A DNA stretch of 64,000 nucleotides, from contig OZ076421.1 in NCBI GenBank assembly GCA_964187785.1, forward strand, positions 56,668,001 to 56,732,000, in the 5' to 3' direction. Of this stretch, positions 60,761-64,000 are shown piece after piece. Position numbers and translations under genes: made by a program. Origin of the DNA: Amphiscolops sp. MND2022 (lineage: Eukaryota). The notes below the pieces were generated by a model, which saw only the letters and a list, made by a program, of their open reading frames with translations, was not told the DNA's origin and made no database searches. How positions within the stretch are numbered: the first letter of the stretch is position 1; every line of letters starts with the position of its first letter.

Positions 60761-63700
60761 CCCCCACTCGATGAGAGTCTCCGAGTGTTGTTGGTGGTTG
60801 TTGATGGCGAATCACTTTGCTGGACCATCTGTCGTGTCGAGGCAGCGGTTGAGAGGTCTCTATCCATCAGTTGAGGAGAAGCTGAAAGTCGTCATAGTCC
60901 TGGCTGTAAAATAAACATATTAATGTGTCATGTAAAATAATTGAGTTGTGAAGGAGGCAGGGTTAAGTTGATGACTGAGGTGGTTGAATGACAAAGAGTT
61001 GCGATGAGAGAGAGCTCATTGAAGGCAGGCTTGGGTACGTTCTTGGTGAAGATATCAGCGAAGATGTTCTTTGTGGAGCATAAGCCAGTTGAATGCGGTT
61101 GTCATCAACCAGTTGACAGACGAAGTGGTGTCGGGTTTCTATGTGTTTAGCACGTTTGTGGGCGACAGGGTTGCTGGCCGGTGCGAGTGCCCCTTGGTTG
61201 TCCGCACACAACAGAACAGGCGTGTCCACCGTCATCAAGCAGAAGAATGTGAGCAAGCCTTGCAAATAGACTGCTTCCTGTGCAGCCAAGCCAACGAAAC
61301 AAACTCGGGTTCACAAGAGCTAAGTGCCACACACCCTTGCTTTGTTGACGCCCAGAAGACCACTCTAAAAAAACGACTTAGTTTGATGCAAAAACCCGAA
61401 GTTGACTTGCGATCATTCTTGTCGGTGGCCCAATCGGAATCCGAAAAATCAAAAAGTTCGATATTCTCAGAGCGATTATACAAAAGAGATAGAGGCTCGG
61501 TGCCCTTGAGAAAACGGAGAAGGTTTTTCAATGCACATCAATGGGCTTTACCGGGATTTGACACGAATTGCGCTAAGTTATAGACAGCAAACCAACTATC
61601 GGAGCGACTAACAACATACAAATACATTGTTTCCAACTAAGCTACGATTTTGTTTCTGTTTGCAAAACTCAAGGGAATTTTCACTGCCTTCGCTGGGGCA
61701 GTCCAATTTAGACTGTTTCTTATGGGGTAAAGCTGGCGTACTGACTGGTTTACAATCAGACATATGGCTTTTGCGCAAATTGTCCTTTATATATGACCGC
61801 TGATTAAGAGAAATGCGACTGCGTGACTGTTCAACTTTGCATCCCAAAAACCTTTTTCCCACCCGTCTTTTTTCCACGATCATCGATGCTGAATGCATCG
61901 CTTAGTTTCGCCTTGAAATCCTGCAGCATTTTGTCGTTGTTTTGAAACGTACAAAAAGTCGTCCACGCAGACTAGTACAAAAAGTCGGGAACCATTGGTC
62001 CCATCTCAACGGAAAAGACAATGATCCTCGGCAGACTGTACAAAATCGTTCTTCGAAAACCACTGGGTTAAGGTTTTCTTCCATTCCCTGCGTGCTTGCT
62101 TGAAACCATTAAGGCTATTTTGAAGCTTGCAATGAAGTGCTTCACCATTAGCCCCCGCTTGCGCAAAGCTCTCTGGTTGTTCTATGTAAATTTCATCACT
62201 CAAGTGTGCATTGAGGAAGGCTGAACGGACGTCTAACTGTAAAACAAAAATCGACCAAGGAGCACCGCAAAACAAATCCTCAATGTACAAAGTTTGGCAG
62301 TAGGCGCAAAAGTTTCATCGTAATCGCTTCTAAAAACTTGCGAAAACCTTTGGACTTCGAAACGAGACTTGAATTTCCCAATAGTTCCATCGTTGTGTCG
62401 CTTAATTTTGAAAACCCACCGGCTTCCAACTGCTTTTGGGCTCGGGGGAAGCGGAGAAAGCACAGGTCTTGCTTCCAAAGAGCGCATTGTACTCGTTTTG
62501 AGTAGTTTCGATTCATTCGCTTTTATGCGATGACTTCATTGCTTCACGATAAGTTAGATTCTCATCGCTGTCATCCGTTAAAAGAAGGTAGTCGTCGAGA
62601 TACACAAGAGATTCATATAACTCTCCCACTTCGAGACCGCGACAAAACACTAATTTCAATGGCATCAATGTTCTCAGATGAAACAACATCAACGGGGGAA
62701 GGAGTTGTTTCAGTTACGAAATCATTCAATGTTTCAGTCGGTAAAATAGGAACTGAAGACTTTTCGAAAAAATGTTTCTGTTTTAGGCAAAACTTGTTTC
62801 GGTGCCGGCTTTTCGGTTACAAATGGTCGGATGTTTTTACTTGGGTGCGCAGCGAAAGAGTCAAAAGAAGTCTCATCAAAGGAGACGTTGCGAGAAAACA
62901 AAGTCTTTTTAGAGAACGGTTTGTACAAATTGTATGCTTCGGAATCCTCAGAATAGCCAACAAAACTCTTTTGGTGGCTTGATCGGAAAGATTGTCTTGA
63001 TGCGTTTCAATGTCTTTGAAAGCAGAAGAACTAAACTTTTTAGATTGGAAAGATCTAGTTTCTCACCAAAGAACACTTTGAAGGGCGTTTTTCCGTTTGG
63101 TAAACTTACTGTGAGGCAACGATTTGAAATATAAAAAGCAGTGTGTAAGGCTCGGAACCAAACTTCATTGCCGAGTTTGGCTGTTTTTAGCATGCAGCGA
63201 GCCATTTCGACTGTTGTTGGCCAGCAACGTTCACTCACATCATTTTGATGAGGCGAATAAGGGGCAGTGTGCTCACGTTTGATTCGGTTTGATTTACAAA
63301 CACTTCGAAAAGACTTGGTAATGTACTCTTTCCCATTATCAGATCGGATTGCTCTGGGCGTTCCCACTTGCGCAAAAAAAACTTTGGATTTATCTAGGCA
63401 CTCCTCCTTCGATTTGAGGAAATATACCGCTGAGTGAGTACCTGCTGTAGCTATCCGCAAAAACAATAGCGTATCGATTGCCACCAAGCGAAGTAGTTGC
63501 CATCGGTACCAAAATGTCAGTTGAAACGAGATCTAGTTTCGAAAATTTTCATTTCTCCATTTTTCGCGATACTGGTTGCCGTCGTGACTTAGAAATTTTG
63601 CAAACTTCACAACAACAAAATTGATCAAAAGCACTGTGTTTCAAGCTCATTCCCAAAACATGATGAGCCAAACGTTTCACATTTCTGAAATTGTTGTCAT

Positions 63701-64000
63701 CAAGGCGATGATGCCACATCACCGCTTCTTCGTTCTCGCCGGAAAAAGAACAAAGAACAAATGTCTTTCCCTTCAAAACGTAAAGATTAACGTGCTCTTC
63801 AAAAAGAATAGTTGCTCTTCCCTTGACAAAAATGCTCCGAGAATTTCCGAAGTTCACTTGAGCCCCGTTTTGTCTCAACTTGCTAACGCTGATCAAGTTA
63901 TGCGATTGATCAGGAAGAGAAAGACTGTCGGAAAATGTCAGACAACGTTCGATTTGCGGAAAAGTCCCATTGGTTTCGGCATTGTGTTTCTTCGCTGAAG
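60532..64000 (-). mobile_element. Ty1/Copia element (copy B), 5' part beyond window
   Basis: 3' LTR 60532-60760 followed on + by CCCCCACTC (PPT reverse complement). RH 60963-61531, RT ~61600-62490, INT 62948-63487 and pre-INT 63549-63896, all homologous to copy A. Confidence 0.93.

Noticed and set aside
1-64000. Uni-strand piRNA cluster (flamenco-like)
   Set aside because: TE relics lie on both strands without clear orientation bias, so it cannot be inferred from sequence alone.

Overview
AT-rich eukaryotic (invertebrate-like) DNA made almost entirely of mobile elements. I found no convincing host protein-coding gene. Left to right: (1) 1 to ~11.9 kb, a decayed Maverick/Polinton (adintovirus-like endogenous virus). 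It carries a small 2-TM ORF, A32-like packaging ATPase, a PHD-finger-like ORF, DDE integrase, minor capsid, core-like protein, major capsid and adenain protease on +, converging on a protein-primed PolB with upstream C2H2 fingers on -. Its left end lies outside the window. (2) 12-22 kb, MITEs, a ~192-bp tandem array, hairpins and a candidate TATA promoter/spliced small-TM gene. (3) 22197-27582, a full-length Ty3/Gypsy element (-) with ~96% identical LTRs. (4) 30.1-32.0 kb, a permuted Gypsy relic (int-PPT-LTR-PBS-gag). (5) 33.9-34.5 kb, a chained double palindrome. (6) 41.4-53.6 kb, an old BEL/Pao element interrupted by a younger full-length BEL/Pao (42978-49416, perfect ACACT TSD). (7) 53.85-54.4 kb, a GC-rich decayed JmjC/cupin-like fragment. 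(8) 55.3-64 kb, two related Ty1/Copia elements arranged tail-to-tail around a relic of an RLE-type non-LTR element. All motif calls come from manual translation and remembered family motifs; no database search was run, and identities are manual estimates.
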